DNA from: a virus
Taxonomy: Duplodnaviria; Caudoviricetes
Virus record (IMG/VR): IMGVR_UViG_3300021387_000272
Coordinates: 1-64,000 of that record
Strand: one strand, 5' to 3'
Length of the DNA: 64,000 nucleotides
Shown here: positions 28,458-39,500 of the stretch, piece after piece
How the letters are laid out: every line of letters starts with the position of its first letter
How positions within the stretch are numbered: the stretch's first letter is position 1
Position numbers and translations under genes: made by a program
The notes under the pieces: model-generated
The model's database searches: none
Told to the model about the DNA's origin: nothing
What the model saw: only the letters and a program-made list of their open reading frames with translations

Positions 28458-30305
28458 ATGCCAGTAGTAATAGGAGCACGCTATAATCCTTATAGCTTTG
28501 ATGATATGTTGAAGCCTCTTGCTATGGCTCAACAAGAGTATAACACTGTACAAGAGGGTCTGTCTGCACTGACAGACTCCTCTAACCAGTTTAGTAGATA
28601 CTTAGAAGGTACTCAGGCAGGTGAAAGAGTGAAGCAATATAATGCAGCTATTGATACAGCTGTAACTGATATGGCTAAAAATGGTCTCAGAAAAACCAAT
28701 AGAGATACTCTATTGGGGTTAAAGAGGCAATATAATAATGATATAGCCAAGATTAATCAGTCAGCTGCACAATTAGATACTCTCTATAAAGGAGTCCAGG
28801 CAGCAAGACTTAAAGCCCAAGCAAGTGGAGATACCTTGTTTGTAGCTAATATGCCTAATGTAGATACCTTGTTAACTGACCCATCAGCTTCTCCAACAAT
28901 GATAAGTGGAATGGGCCTTCAGAAACAGGGTATGCAAGCTGCCCAAGCTGCTAGTCTACGTAATGTAATTAACAGTACTGCGGAAGGCCAAGGTGCCTTA
29001 CGAATGTACATTCAAGCAGTGCAAGGTTATGGATATGGAAGTGCAGAAGCTCAGAAATTCTTAGAGAATGCGGCTTCTATACCTGAACTTAAGCAAGCCT
29101 TAGATACAATCAGTCAGATGTATAATGTAGATTCTTTGGGAGCAGATAGTGGCAGAGCAAGACAGTTTATTATGCAAGGTATAATGGATGGCCTTACTAC
29201 TCAGCAGAAGACTTCTTATATGGAAGACCCAGAGAAGAAAGCTGCTCTTGACTTAAGTATGTACAAACAAAAGGTTGATTACCAAACTGAAGCTGCTATA
29301 AAGCAGGAATACGCTAAGCAAAATGCCAAAGCACAAGCAGCAGCTGCAAATGGAGGTTTAGGTAGTGGAAGTGTAGAAGGTATTTATTCTCAAAACTTTG
29401 TTACTACCAATGGAAATAGTATAGCTCAGGTACAACAAGCTATAAATGGTCTCCATGCTTCTAGTGGAGGTCTGTCTTCAGCTGTCTTTGGTAAGACTTG
29501 GGGTAATGTAAATCCAATGAAGGTTTATGAGGAATATCAAGCAAGAACTTCTAAGAATGACCGAGGTACAGCCATGTATGCTGTGGGAACTGAAGGAAGG
29601 GTAGGAAAGAATTTCTGGGATAAAGATACTCCAGAAAGTGCTCTTAATAGTCTAAAGAAGAAGTATGGTATTGGACGAATTCTTACATCACAAGAATATA
29701 AAGCTCTCAAAGACCTGGGTTACACCTCAGATAACTTCTTCAAAAAGGCAGGTTCTTACCACAATTTCAAGCAGTCTTTGAATACTCAGATAGATGAGCT
29801 GGCACACAACACAGCTATTTATAACATTAATGGTGGTGAGACCAATAAGAGAATAACTGCAAGGGTACTGGAAAATGCTGACCTCTTTGGGGAGAATAAC
29901 CCAGACGCTACCCTAGTTCAAGAATTTGAGAGAGGTAAGAAGAAGGGAAATGTAAATCCCACCAAGCTCAGAAAAGACATGGAAAAGGGAGCACAGTTCA
30001 CTTTAGGATTGAGCAAGGAAGGTCTTGTTCTCACTTCCTCTATTGGAGGTAAGCAGTATATAATTGCCCCTGAGCTTATTTCAACGGAAGCCAAGAATGC
30101 AATAGATGCTTTGCCTACCAACATTCAGAAGGCATTAGTTGCACAAGAGAAAACCTTTATGGAGTGGTATGGTAGAAAGCCTACAAAAGCAGAGAAGCAG
30201 AGATTAGAGAGTGATGCATATCAGGCTACTGTAAAGGGCATAGCTTCTTCAGTAGGAGCTGATATTGTTCAGTCATTACCCGCAACAAGTAAAGATGCAG
30301 AATAA
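28458..30305 (+). CDS. Cargo/ejection protein 2 (gp46-like), 615 aa
   Basis: ARYNPYSFDDMLKPLAMAQQEYN N-terminus; helical; syntenic position. Confidence 0.65.
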   Translation: MPVVIGARYNPYSFDDMLKPLAMAQQEYNTVQEGLSALTDSSNQFSRYLEGTQAGERVKQYNAAIDTAVTDMAKNGLRKTNRDTLLGLKRQYNNDIAKINQSAAQLDTLYKGVQAARLKAQASGDTLFVANMPNVDTLLTDPSASPTMISGMGLQKQGMQAAQAASLRNVINSTAEGQGALRMYIQAVQGYGYGSAEAQKFLENAASIPELKQALDTISQMYNVDSLGADSGRARQFIMQGIMDGLTTQQKTSYMEDPEKKAALDLSMYKQKVDYQTEAAIKQEYAKQNAKAQAAAANGGLGSGSVEGIYSQNFVTTNGNSIAQVQQAINGLHASSGGLSSAVFGKTWGNVNPMKVYEEYQARTSKNDRGTAMYAVGTEGRVGKNFWDKDTPESALNSLKKKYGIGRILTSQEYKALKDLGYTSDNFFKKAGSYHNFKQSLNTQIDELAHNTAIYNINGGETNKRITARVLENADLFGENNPDATLVQEFERGKKKGNVNPTKLRKDMEKGAQFTLGLSKEGLVLTSSIGGKQYIIAPELISTEAKNAIDALPTNIQKALVAQEKTFMEWYGRKPTKAEKQRLESDAYQATVKGIASSVGADIVQSLPATSKDAE

Positions 30306-30307
30306 TT

Positions 30308-33300
30308 ATGGCAGTAGAAGATTATAGCAGAAACGGATTAAAAGGATTACCTGGTCTTAATATGCGTAGGGAGCCCACTAATATGGACTTCCTGCGTATG
30401 GCAGGAATAACTCCTAGTGGTAGAGAATTAAATGCTCAGAACCGTCCTCTAATGGATGAGCCAGTAGGTATAGAACTTGGTCGTCTTGGTGTAGGAGAAA
30501 GTACCTATGACCAAGATATCCAAACTATGTCTGAAGCTCAAAACATTGGCAACTTCAGAGGAGAAAACCAATCAGGGTTAGTTCAAGTAGGTAATGGTCT
30601 TTTAAAGATGACCACTACAGCCCTTACTACTCTTGCAGATGGTACTATAGGTACTCTTTGGGGATTAGGACAAGGCATAGCTAACTTAGCTGATGATGAT
30701 GAAAAGACTGGCTTTTGGCAAGGCATGTGGAATAATGATTTCAACAAGGCCATGTCAAATATCCAAGAGAATATGGAGAAGATTGCTCCTAACTATTATA
30801 CGGATGAGCAACTAAATTCCCCCTGGTATTCTGCTGCAAATGTTCTATCTGCTAATTTCTTAGGAGATAAACTCCTTAAGAATGCTGGTTTTACAATAGG
30901 TGCTTTGGCTGCTCTTGCAGTGCCTGGCTTTGATATGGCATGGCTAGCCAAGGGAGTCTCTGCAGGAGCAAAGGCTCTTGGTATGGGTTCTAAGGCTGCT
31001 GGTAATACAGGTGCTATTGCTAATTACTTAGCACGTACTTTTATGTCCGCCAACTCTGAAGCAAGCATAGAAGCTATTAATGCAGTTAAGGATAATCAAA
31101 AGTCCATGTATGAAGGAATTGAGCAAAGAGCAAGAGAAGATGCTGCTGCTTCAGAGCAAATAATGGCTCAGGAAATCCTTAATGGTGTTGATGAGCAGAC
31201 TGCCCAGAGCAACCACATGAATAGGTTAAGGACTATTGACCAAGAAGTAAAGAATGCAAAAGCCTATGCGGATGACCAATTACGTGATGTAGGTAACTCT
31301 GTGTGGCTAATGAATGTAGGTCTTCTTTCCTTAACCAATAGTATTGAGTTTGGTAATATACTTAAAGGTGGTTATAATCTTAGAAAGTCGCTCAAAGACT
31401 TTGGAGTAAAGCTTACTGCAGAAGGTAAGGAAGTGGGAATAAGGGAGTTTGGCCAAGCTATGGCTAAAGGCTTAAAGACTTCTATAACTCCTGCAATGAG
31501 TAAAGTAAGTGCAGCTGGTGTAGCTGCTGGTACGGCTAAAAGATTTGCGGCTGAAGGCTTTGAAGAGGGTGCCCAGAGAATAATCTCTGACTCAAATGAA
31601 ATGCAGGCTCAGGCTAAATTACAAGAGTGGGCAACTGACCGTTATAATAAAGATTCTGATAAGTATAGTCTTTGGGAAAAGCAGATTAATCCTTCAGTTA
31701 CTGCAGACCTTGTGGACTACACTAAAGCTCTTGGTAATGCTTGGAAAGAAGGCTTTGGCTCCTTTAGTTCCTCTGGTTGGGAAGAAGTATTCCTTGGAGG
31801 TCTGACGGGTATGTTCGGTACTGCTGGTATGAGAAGGAAGGCCGATGGTAAAATGGGCATTGGTTGGCAAGGAGGTTTTATGGAATCTATCAGGGACCAA
31901 CAAGCTAAATATACTGAGGCCGATAGAATGATTCAGCAGTTTAATGACCAGGTATCCAAAGATGAATTCAAGAACAGAATGCAATGGGCAGCAGCTAAGT
32001 TAGCAGCAGCCTATGATATGGAGGAAGCCCTTAACAATGGAGACATTATGGGCTATAAGAATGGTGAAATGCTTTCTGTAGCCAATGATGCTATTTACTT
32101 CCGTGATAATGGAATGCTTGACTTCTTTAAAGGATATTATGAAGAGACTGCTAAGAATGTTTCTGATGAAACTATCAATAACTTACGTGCTCAAACAAAG
32201 GATGTTAATACTGGAAAGTCCTTCTATGATAGTAAGTCTGATGATGAAATTCGTCAGATGATTCAAGATAAGTCTAAGTCAACCTTGGAGAAGATTGAAA
32301 ATACTGTTTCTATCTATGAAGATATGGAGAGACAGTATACAGATAAGTTTAGGGGAGTAGATGTCACTCCATACTTAGAGGATGTTAAAGACCCCGTGGT
32401 AAGAGCAATGATGCTTGCTATGCCCTCAGACTATGCACAGAAGGGTATTCAGCAGCTTACTTATTTGTCTACTCTCTATGATGATTTAGTACGCCGTAGA
32501 GGAGAACTTGAGCAAGAAAGAGATGCTGCAGAAGGTTCTATTGATGGTGCTGATAAAGTCAAGAAGATTAATAAAGATATTCTGGAAATAGACAACACTT
32601 TAAGTGATATCAAAGACCGCTTCAATAAAGCTAAGAATCACCCTGAAGAGCTTATTGAAGAGATGATTAAGGCACAAGTAGTAAGTGCTAAGCAAGCTAT
32701 AGGAAGAGAGGCTCAGGCTACAAAGCAGAGATACTTCCAAGCAAAAACTCTTCAGGATGTAGCAGACACTTTCTATTATGGAAACTTTAACCAGTCAGTA
32801 TTAGAAGAAGCAATTCAAGAAGCTGCTGATGAGGACAATAAGAATTTACTAAATTCATTCTATCCTTTCTCTGTAGAAGTAAATGCCACACAGGATGCTA
32901 TTGAAAAAGTAGTTGCTGAGCATACCAAAGATGAAGATAATGAAGTAAGAAATAGAACAATCGCAACTTTGGGAAGATATGCACAGGATGCTATCTCAGA
33001 AACCCTTGCTGACCAAAGGGAATCTGGTATATCTACTACAGTTGCTGATACATTAAGAGAGTATGGAGAGCGTATAGTTGAGCATGCTTCTCAGGAGGAG
33101 AGAGCAGTGCAGATAATGGCAGAAAATACCGCTGCTTTCCTAGATAAGATAGCCGAAGAACTTGATAAGGCAAGAGCTACAGCAAAAGTCCCTGAGGTTA
33201 AGCCAGTTGAAGAGCCTAAAAAGAAGACTGAGGAGAAACAAGAGGATGCACCTGAAGCAGGTAAAAAAGGAGAACCACAAGATGCAGCTTCTCAGCCTGA

Positions 33301-36300
33301 AACTCCTATAAAGCCTGAGGTTACTTCTCCCAAGAAGACAGAGACTCCAGAAGCTGAAATTAAACCAGTGGAAGCTCCTGCTACACCAACAACTTCTGCT
33401 AAAAAAGTCGGGGATAAAGTAACTCTTACTGATGGATTTACAGGCACTATTAAGTCTATTCCAAAAGCAGGAGTGTATGAGATTACACTTGAAAATGGAA
33501 AAACAGGAATTTATACTGACGAAAATATTGTAGATAGCCCAGCAGCAAGTGCCCAGCCTGAGCCCAATTCCTCATCTTCTACAGAAAATAAAATACTTGT
33601 GGATAGAGACACTACCGAGTCTGAATTTGGCTTTGCCAATAGTTCTCAAGGTTTCATTAAAAATAAACATGGTATATGGGTTCCTGTAGTTGCTGGTATG
33701 CGTAGTGGCTATAAGTTTGCAGATGGAACTATGGCTCTTGGTGGTAAGGCAGTTAAAGCAGAGGCAATGCTTGAAAGAGGTGTTGTTGCAATCCAAGATG
33801 GCGCAGGGGGTATGTTAGAAGTATCTGTTGATAATGTTATAGGATTATATAAATCTATTGATGGAAACAGAGCTACAGGAACTCCTGCAAAAAGAATTGA
33901 TATCACAGAGGAAATTCAAAAATACGTAGAAAATCTCCAATCCTCAATATCTACTCCTACTGGAGGTAACAAGCAAAACACTCAAGTTACCCCCAATAGA
34001 GAAGAAGAACAAGGGGCAGAGCAAGGTACTACTACAACTCCTACAGAAACTTCTCAAGCTACGCCAACAGAAGCTCAGGTAGAAACTCCAACTACAAATC
34101 AGAATGAGGCTCCAATAAATAATCCTGTAGAAGTTCCTGCCCAAGCTCAGACTGAACAAAATAAAGAAGAGCAAGCTGGAACATCTGCACAGGATACTAG
34201 AGTTATTCAACCTGAGACTGAAGAGCAAGAAGAAAAGAAGGAAGAAATAAGAAGTGGTAAGTCCTTCACAGGAACTGCTTTCCTAACTTACTCTCAGACT
34301 ATACTGGGAAGAAGGAATGCTAAAGATAAGGGAGTAGCTATACGTAGAAAGGGCCCTTCTTTAGAGGCATTCCAAGCTCTTTTGACTGCTAATAACATAG
34401 ATATTGACCATGTAGTGAATAACTATATATATGAGTTTATGGAAGATGGAAAACTTCCTGTACGCTACATGGTAATGAAGGATTCTGAAAACAAGGTAAC
34501 TCCAAAAGAGGGGCATGAGCATATATTCCTTGTAACTAAGATTACTGACAAAATTCAGAAGTTTATAGACAAGGATACCAAACTCCGAGGCAATGTTAAG
34601 GGAATGTCTAATGGAGAGGATATGCTTATTGTAGGCGTTCTTGGATATGGAACCAATGATAATGACTTAATTCAGGGAGCTGAAAGAATCCGTGAGGCAT
34701 ATAGGAATATGGATGATGCTAGTAAAGCTGGTACATATACTCTTATTCCTAGTGCTGAGAATAGTATCTTTGCTATGAATGGAGGTCAGATGGTTCTTCA
34801 GTTTGAAGGACAGGAGAAAGGTAATACAGACCTTAAGACCTTGCTTGATTCTCAAGATAGCTTGGTCAATCCAAGACAGCTTAAGATTGGTGATATAAGA
34901 TTTGCTACAGCTCTTGGTAAAGAAGGTAGTGTTAAATTGAGATTCTTCCAAAAGAGAGAGGGGGATGACCAATATGGTTTCTTAGACCCATTAAGTCTTC
35001 AGAGTGCTCCAGGTAATGTATGGATGTTCGTTAGAAGTGCTGATGGTAGATTCATTCCTACGGCAATTGAGCCAACTACTTGGAATGATGCTAATATGAA
35101 TTGGGATAGTACCTTAGGTACTAAGATAAAAGAACTTGTTGATAACTTAGCCACAGTTACTGATAAGGAAAGTATTCCTGCATTACTCAAGGAGCTTAAT
35201 CAGAGACTCATATTCTCCGTTAATGACAGAAACAGAGGTAATAGGATATTCTATGATGAGAAGACTGGTGAACTTTCTTTCAGAAGATTTAATCTGGATG
35301 CCGCAAGTGACAATGCTAAGATAATAATGGATGATAAGGATTCTGACTTTTTAGTAGTTGATAGGTCAGAAAGTCTTGTCATTAATCTGCATAACCCTGA
35401 TAGGTCTATGGATGAGAGCAGGGAAATTCTCAATAAGATGATTGAGGCTCTTGACCCTGTTATCAATATCCAGAACTCTGTAATGAGCTCTCAGGGTGGT
35501 ATAAAGATGTATTTGGATGCTGGATTATTCAAGGTAGCTATTAAGTCTTTAGGAATGGTAAATGCTAAGACTTATGTCTATCCTATAAATAGTCGCTTAG
35601 AGCCTATTAATAGCTTTGTGGTGGCTCCAGTAGCAATGAACACTACTACGGGAGTAAATACATTCTATTATAATGGAGAAAGGTTTATAATTTCTGATAA
35701 TGTCGTATATGATAGCAGCTTTAAAGAAGTCACTGACAGAGACACCATAGATGACATTAGAGCCGCTGCTGATATACAGTCAGGAAAGGTAAGACCTGTA
35801 AGAACTAATAATACAAAATATTGGGAGATAAATGGAAAAGTATATAGCCAGTATCGTAATGGAGGTTATGCTAGGCTTAGTCCTACTGAAGAGGTTGAAT
35901 ACAAACAAAGAAAAGCTGCTGAGGCTGAAAAGAAAGCTAGAGAAAAAGCTGCAAAAGAGGAAGCAGACAGATTAGAGAAACAAAAGAGTACTCAAGCTAA
36001 GTATAGTGTAGGACAGAACTTAAATGGTAGGGAAATTACTGAGGTCAATATTGTGGATAATGAGGTTATATATACCTTCAATGATGCCCAAAATGGAATT
36101 AAGAATGGCACAATATCCCAAACTGAATTGGATAGTCTTTTGTCAGAGGAAGCTAAGCGTGCAGCAGAAACTCCACAACAGGAAGCACCTCAAAGTGAAA
36201 CTGATTCAAACAAAGAAGTTAAAAAGACTGAACAGGACTCAGAAACATTGGCTAAAAAGGTAAGAAAGTCAAGAAATAATTCTACCTTTGTATCGTTGTT

Positions 36301-36502
36301 TAAGGGCTCTGATGGTAGGTCTTTACTCAATAATTTGATATCAGCCATAAACAATGCGTTGGATAAGGCTGGTGAAGACAGTAAGCAGTTCAAAGGAACT
36401 AAATCTGTAGAGGAAGAACTTTTGGCAAGAGGCAAAAATATTCCGACTTCTATCTCAGAACTTCAGGCTCTTATTGAGGAGCTGAACTCATGTGGATTTT
36501 AA
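30308..36502 (+). CDS. Giant cargo/ejection protein, 2064 aa
   Basis: RGENQSGLVQVGNG...APNYYTDEQLNSPW...NAGFTIGA and EGFEEGAQ motifs; Pro/Glu-rich linkers with small inserted domains. Confidence 0.7.
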   Translation: MAVEDYSRNGLKGLPGLNMRREPTNMDFLRMAGITPSGRELNAQNRPLMDEPVGIELGRLGVGESTYDQDIQTMSEAQNIGNFRGENQSGLVQVGNGLLKMTTTALTTLADGTIGTLWGLGQGIANLADDDEKTGFWQGMWNNDFNKAMSNIQENMEKIAPNYYTDEQLNSPWYSAANVLSANFLGDKLLKNAGFTIGALAALAVPGFDMAWLAKGVSAGAKALGMGSKAAGNTGAIANYLARTFMSANSEASIEAINAVKDNQKSMYEGIEQRAREDAAASEQIMAQEILNGVDEQTAQSNHMNRLRTIDQEVKNAKAYADDQLRDVGNSVWLMNVGLLSLTNSIEFGNILKGGYNLRKSLKDFGVKLTAEGKEVGIREFGQAMAKGLKTSITPAMSKVSAAGVAAGTAKRFAAEGFEEGAQRIISDSNEMQAQAKLQEWATDRYNKDSDKYSLWEKQINPSVTADLVDYTKALGNAWKEGFGSFSSSGWEEVFLGGLTGMFGTAGMRRKADGKMGIGWQGGFMESIRDQQAKYTEADRMIQQFNDQVSKDEFKNRMQWAAAKLAAAYDMEEALNNGDIMGYKNGEMLSVANDAIYFRDNGMLDFFKGYYEETAKNVSDETINNLRAQTKDVNTGKSFYDSKSDDEIRQMIQDKSKSTLEKIENTVSIYEDMERQYTDKFRGVDVTPYLEDVKDPVVRAMMLAMPSDYAQKGIQQLTYLSTLYDDLVRRRGELEQERDAAEGSIDGADKVKKINKDILEIDNTLSDIKDRFNKAKNHPEELIEEMIKAQVVSAKQAIGREAQATKQRYFQAKTLQDVADTFYYGNFNQSVLEEAIQEAADEDNKNLLNSFYPFSVEVNATQDAIEKVVAEHTKDEDNEVRNRTIATLGRYAQDAISETLADQRESGISTTVADTLREYGERIVEHASQEERAVQIMAENTAAFLDKIAEELDKARATAKVPEVKPVEEPKKKTEEKQEDAPEAGKKGEPQDAASQPETPIKPEVTSPKKTETPEAEIKPVEAPATPTTSAKKVGDKVTLTDGFTGTIKSIPKAGVYEITLENGKTGIYTDENIVDSPAASAQPEPNSSSSTENKILVDRDTTESEFGFANSSQGFIKNKHGIWVPVVAGMRSGYKFADGTMALGGKAVKAEAMLERGVVAIQDGAGGMLEVSVDNVIGLYKSIDGNRATGTPAKRIDITEEIQKYVENLQSSISTPTGGNKQNTQVTPNREEEQGAEQGTTTTPTETSQATPTEAQVETPTTNQNEAPINNPVEVPAQAQTEQNKEEQAGTSAQDTRVIQPETEEQEEKKEEIRSGKSFTGTAFLTYSQTILGRRNAKDKGVAIRRKGPSLEAFQALLTANNIDIDHVVNNYIYEFMEDGKLPVRYMVMKDSENKVTPKEGHEHIFLVTKITDKIQKFIDKDTKLRGNVKGMSNGEDMLIVGVLGYGTNDNDLIQGAERIREAYRNMDDASKAGTYTLIPSAENSIFAMNGGQMVLQFEGQEKGNTDLKTLLDSQDSLVNPRQLKIGDIRFATALGKEGSVKLRFFQKREGDDQYGFLDPLSLQSAPGNVWMFVRSADGRFIPTAIEPTTWNDANMNWDSTLGTKIKELVDNLATVTDKESIPALLKELNQRLIFSVNDRNRGNRIFYDEKTGELSFRRFNLDAASDNAKIIMDDKDSDFLVVDRSESLVINLHNPDRSMDESREILNKMIEALDPVINIQNSVMSSQGGIKMYLDAGLFKVAIKSLGMVNAKTYVYPINSRLEPINSFVVAPVAMNTTTGVNTFYYNGERFIISDNVVYDSSFKEVTDRDTIDDIRAAADIQSGKVRPVRTNNTKYWEINGKVYSQYRNGGYARLSPTEEVEYKQRKAAEAEKKAREKAAKEEADRLEKQKSTQAKYSVGQNLNGREITEVNIVDNEVIYTFNDAQNGIKNGTISQTELDSLLSEEAKRAAETPQQEAPQSETDSNKEVKKTEQDSETLAKKVRKSRNNSTFVSLFKGSDGRSLLNNLISAINNALDKAGEDSKQFKGTKSVEEELLARGKNIPTSISELQALIEELNSCGF

Positions 36503-36523
36503 ATAATATAAATAACAATTTCT

Positions 36524-39500
36524 ATGGCTGTATCATGCGTAGTAACAATTTCTCCAGGATTTAAGAAACTCCTGGAGAAAACTCATTTTTCTAGAGGAAC
36601 CCTTAAATCAATTATTCATGAGTATCAAAACACTCCTAGTCTATGGGAACTAGGAAGTCAGGGAGAACCCTCAGAAAAGTATGTATTGAATTATTTTAAT
36701 AGGAGAACTGTCGGTACCCCAGAGCAGATTGCTGTGTGGAAAGGCAGATATAGAGCTCCTCATGTGTATGAAACCTATCAGGATGCTGTTGCTGCTCGCA
36801 ATGTAGCTTCTCAGTGGTTTGAGGATGAGGATATCATGGTCTATGAAAATGACAAGCATAAGTGGGTATTAATGATAGCAAGACCTTTAGATGTCTTTAC
36901 TATCAGAAAGAACTCAGATGCTTGGCTTCAGGACCTTCAAAAAGATGTAGATACTACAGTTAATTCAGGAGCTGTTGGTAGGTATATTCCTGATAAGAGA
37001 AATAAAGGGAAGACTGCCGTAGCAATGGACTTCTTAGGTAAGAGATTAGACAATTTCTATAGGCAAAGAGGTCTTAAAGTAAGGTCTAAGTGGTCTGAAC
37101 GTAATAAGAAATGGTTGGTAGAATATGCTCCAGAAGAGAGAGGCTATGTGGATGACCTTACTGGAGGTATCACTGATTGGACTGAAGGGCAGAAGAATGC
37201 CATTGATACTCTAGTAAATTTTCTCCAAAATCCTGGAGGAGGTAGATATATGCTTCTTGAAGGAGCTGCTGGTACTGGTAAAACCACATTGATTAATGAG
37301 GTATTACAACGCTTAGAAGTAACTGGCAAGCCATCAGTTCTTGTTGGAGCTTTGAGTCATAAGGCAAAGGGAGTATTAGGAAGTAAAATATCCAAAGCTA
37401 ATAGGAAGAAGTACACAATAAATGCAAAGTCTCTTGCAGGTATGCTTGGCATGAAGATGACAATGAAGAATATTAATGGGTCATGGCAAGAGGTCTTTGA
37501 GGTAGATAAACATGCTCGTAGAATGGGTATTCCAATACAAGCAGCTAGTATTGTGTTCATTGATGAGGCTTCCATGGTGTCTGAGGAAGCTATGTCCTAT
37601 ATAGAAGATTTAGCTAGTGCAGGCACTAAGATTGTGTTCTTAGGAGACCAAAGACAGCTTCCTCCAATACGCACAGGAGGTACAGAATTCTGGAATCAGC
37701 ATCCAGAGTTTTTAGTCAATCCTGAAGCAGACTCTCCTGTATTCACACGCACAGATATACCAAGAGTCAGCTTAACTGAAAGAGTTAGGCAAGGAGAGGA
37801 TAGTCCTATACATTTAGTTACCGACCAATTTGGCAATTATACTCTTCAGGGAGGAGAGTTCCCTAATCTTAGCAATGTAGAATCTAGCAAAGACCTAAGA
37901 CTTGTTATAGAGAATCCTGCAACAAACCTTGCAGAGCAGATGCTTCCTCTGTTCCAAGAGGGTATGAAGATTCAAAATCCTAACTTTGCTAAAATAGTAG
38001 CTTTCACCAATGCAAAGGTAAATCAGTACAATAGGGAACTTCACTTTCTGCTACATCCAGAAATGGCAGCCAGCCAAGACATGAACTTTGCAGAAGGTGA
38101 CTTAATTACTATGTATGACTCCTTTACTTATGGTAATGATACAGAGCCTACAGTCTACAATGCAGAAGAAGGAATTGTAGTGTCCTCCTCAAATACTAGG
38201 CACATGTCCACCACAACAGGTGCAGATATTAGGTATAGAGACTATACCATCAAGATGCAAGATGATAGAACAGTCACTATTCCAGTACTTGAGCAAGATG
38301 CTACCAATATACAGAACTTTAATTCTGCCCTAGAGCAACTTAAGAAAGAAGCTATTAATGTTGGAGGCAGAGCTTGGATACCTTATTTTAACTTAAAAGG
38401 TTCCATGGCTAATATGAAGATGGGATATGCTTCCACTATTCATAAGTCTCAGGGAAGTACTTATCAAGTAGTAGGTGTTGATACTACTGATAATTTCGGT
38501 AGTGCAAGATTTAAGTCTCAAGGTATTTATACGGCTCTTACTAGAGCTGCAAATATTTCTATCCTTAAGGGAATGGGAAGTACCAATGCAGCTCCCACAG
38601 CTGAAAGTATTTCCAAAGCTAATGCAAGAGAAATAGCTAGGAGACAAGGTATGCAAATTGCAGGAACTCCTTTGTCAGCTGAGCAGGTAGCTTTCATCAA
38701 GAGTGAAGTAGATGGAGTAGCTAAGATTATCAAGGATGCTTCTGTTACTATTACAGCAATGAATCTGTCAAAAGCTTCTCCTGTAACAGTAAAGGGAGTT
38801 AATGACTTTAAGGATGGAGATACTTCTACTGCTTCTGCAGTATGTAAGTCTATTATAAACAGCCCAAATGCCACAGCACAGCAAAAGGCCTATGCTAAGG
38901 CACTGCTTCCTCTATTAGCTAAGATGGACTTTGACATCCTCTTTGCTACTGAAGAGAATCCTATAATCCAAGAGCGTCTTAGAAAAACTAGGATGGAGCA
39001 TTGGAATGCTGCAGGTAGCACCTTCAATAGTAAGGAGGCTGGTCTTGGCTATGATATTCATATTAAGGTTGGTGTTAGGAAGAATCAGGTTATTCCTGAA
39101 AAGGTATTACTCCATGAAATTACCCACGCACTCACGTCTAATAGACTTAGGAATGATGCTGAGTTTAGAAGAGGTATAGACCAACTTTCCCAATATGTAC
39201 AGGAGTGGGTAAGACAAAATAAGGACGAGTCTCAAATGGTTATGCAGAACTACGGAGGTGCTGATATACCATTTGATATTTATGGATTTAGGAATTACCA
39301 AGATAGTGGGTATGCAGACTTTGTTGCAGAGGCAATGAGCAATGCTTCTTTCCAGGAATTGCTTAAGCAAATCCCTGCTCCAAGAGAGTCTGAACTGAAT
39401 ACTTGGCAGAAGCTTTGTAAGTTAGTGTCAGATGCATTTAAGAAGCTGTTCAATATTTCTTATAAGCAGAATACCACTGTTTATGATATGCTGATTCCTG

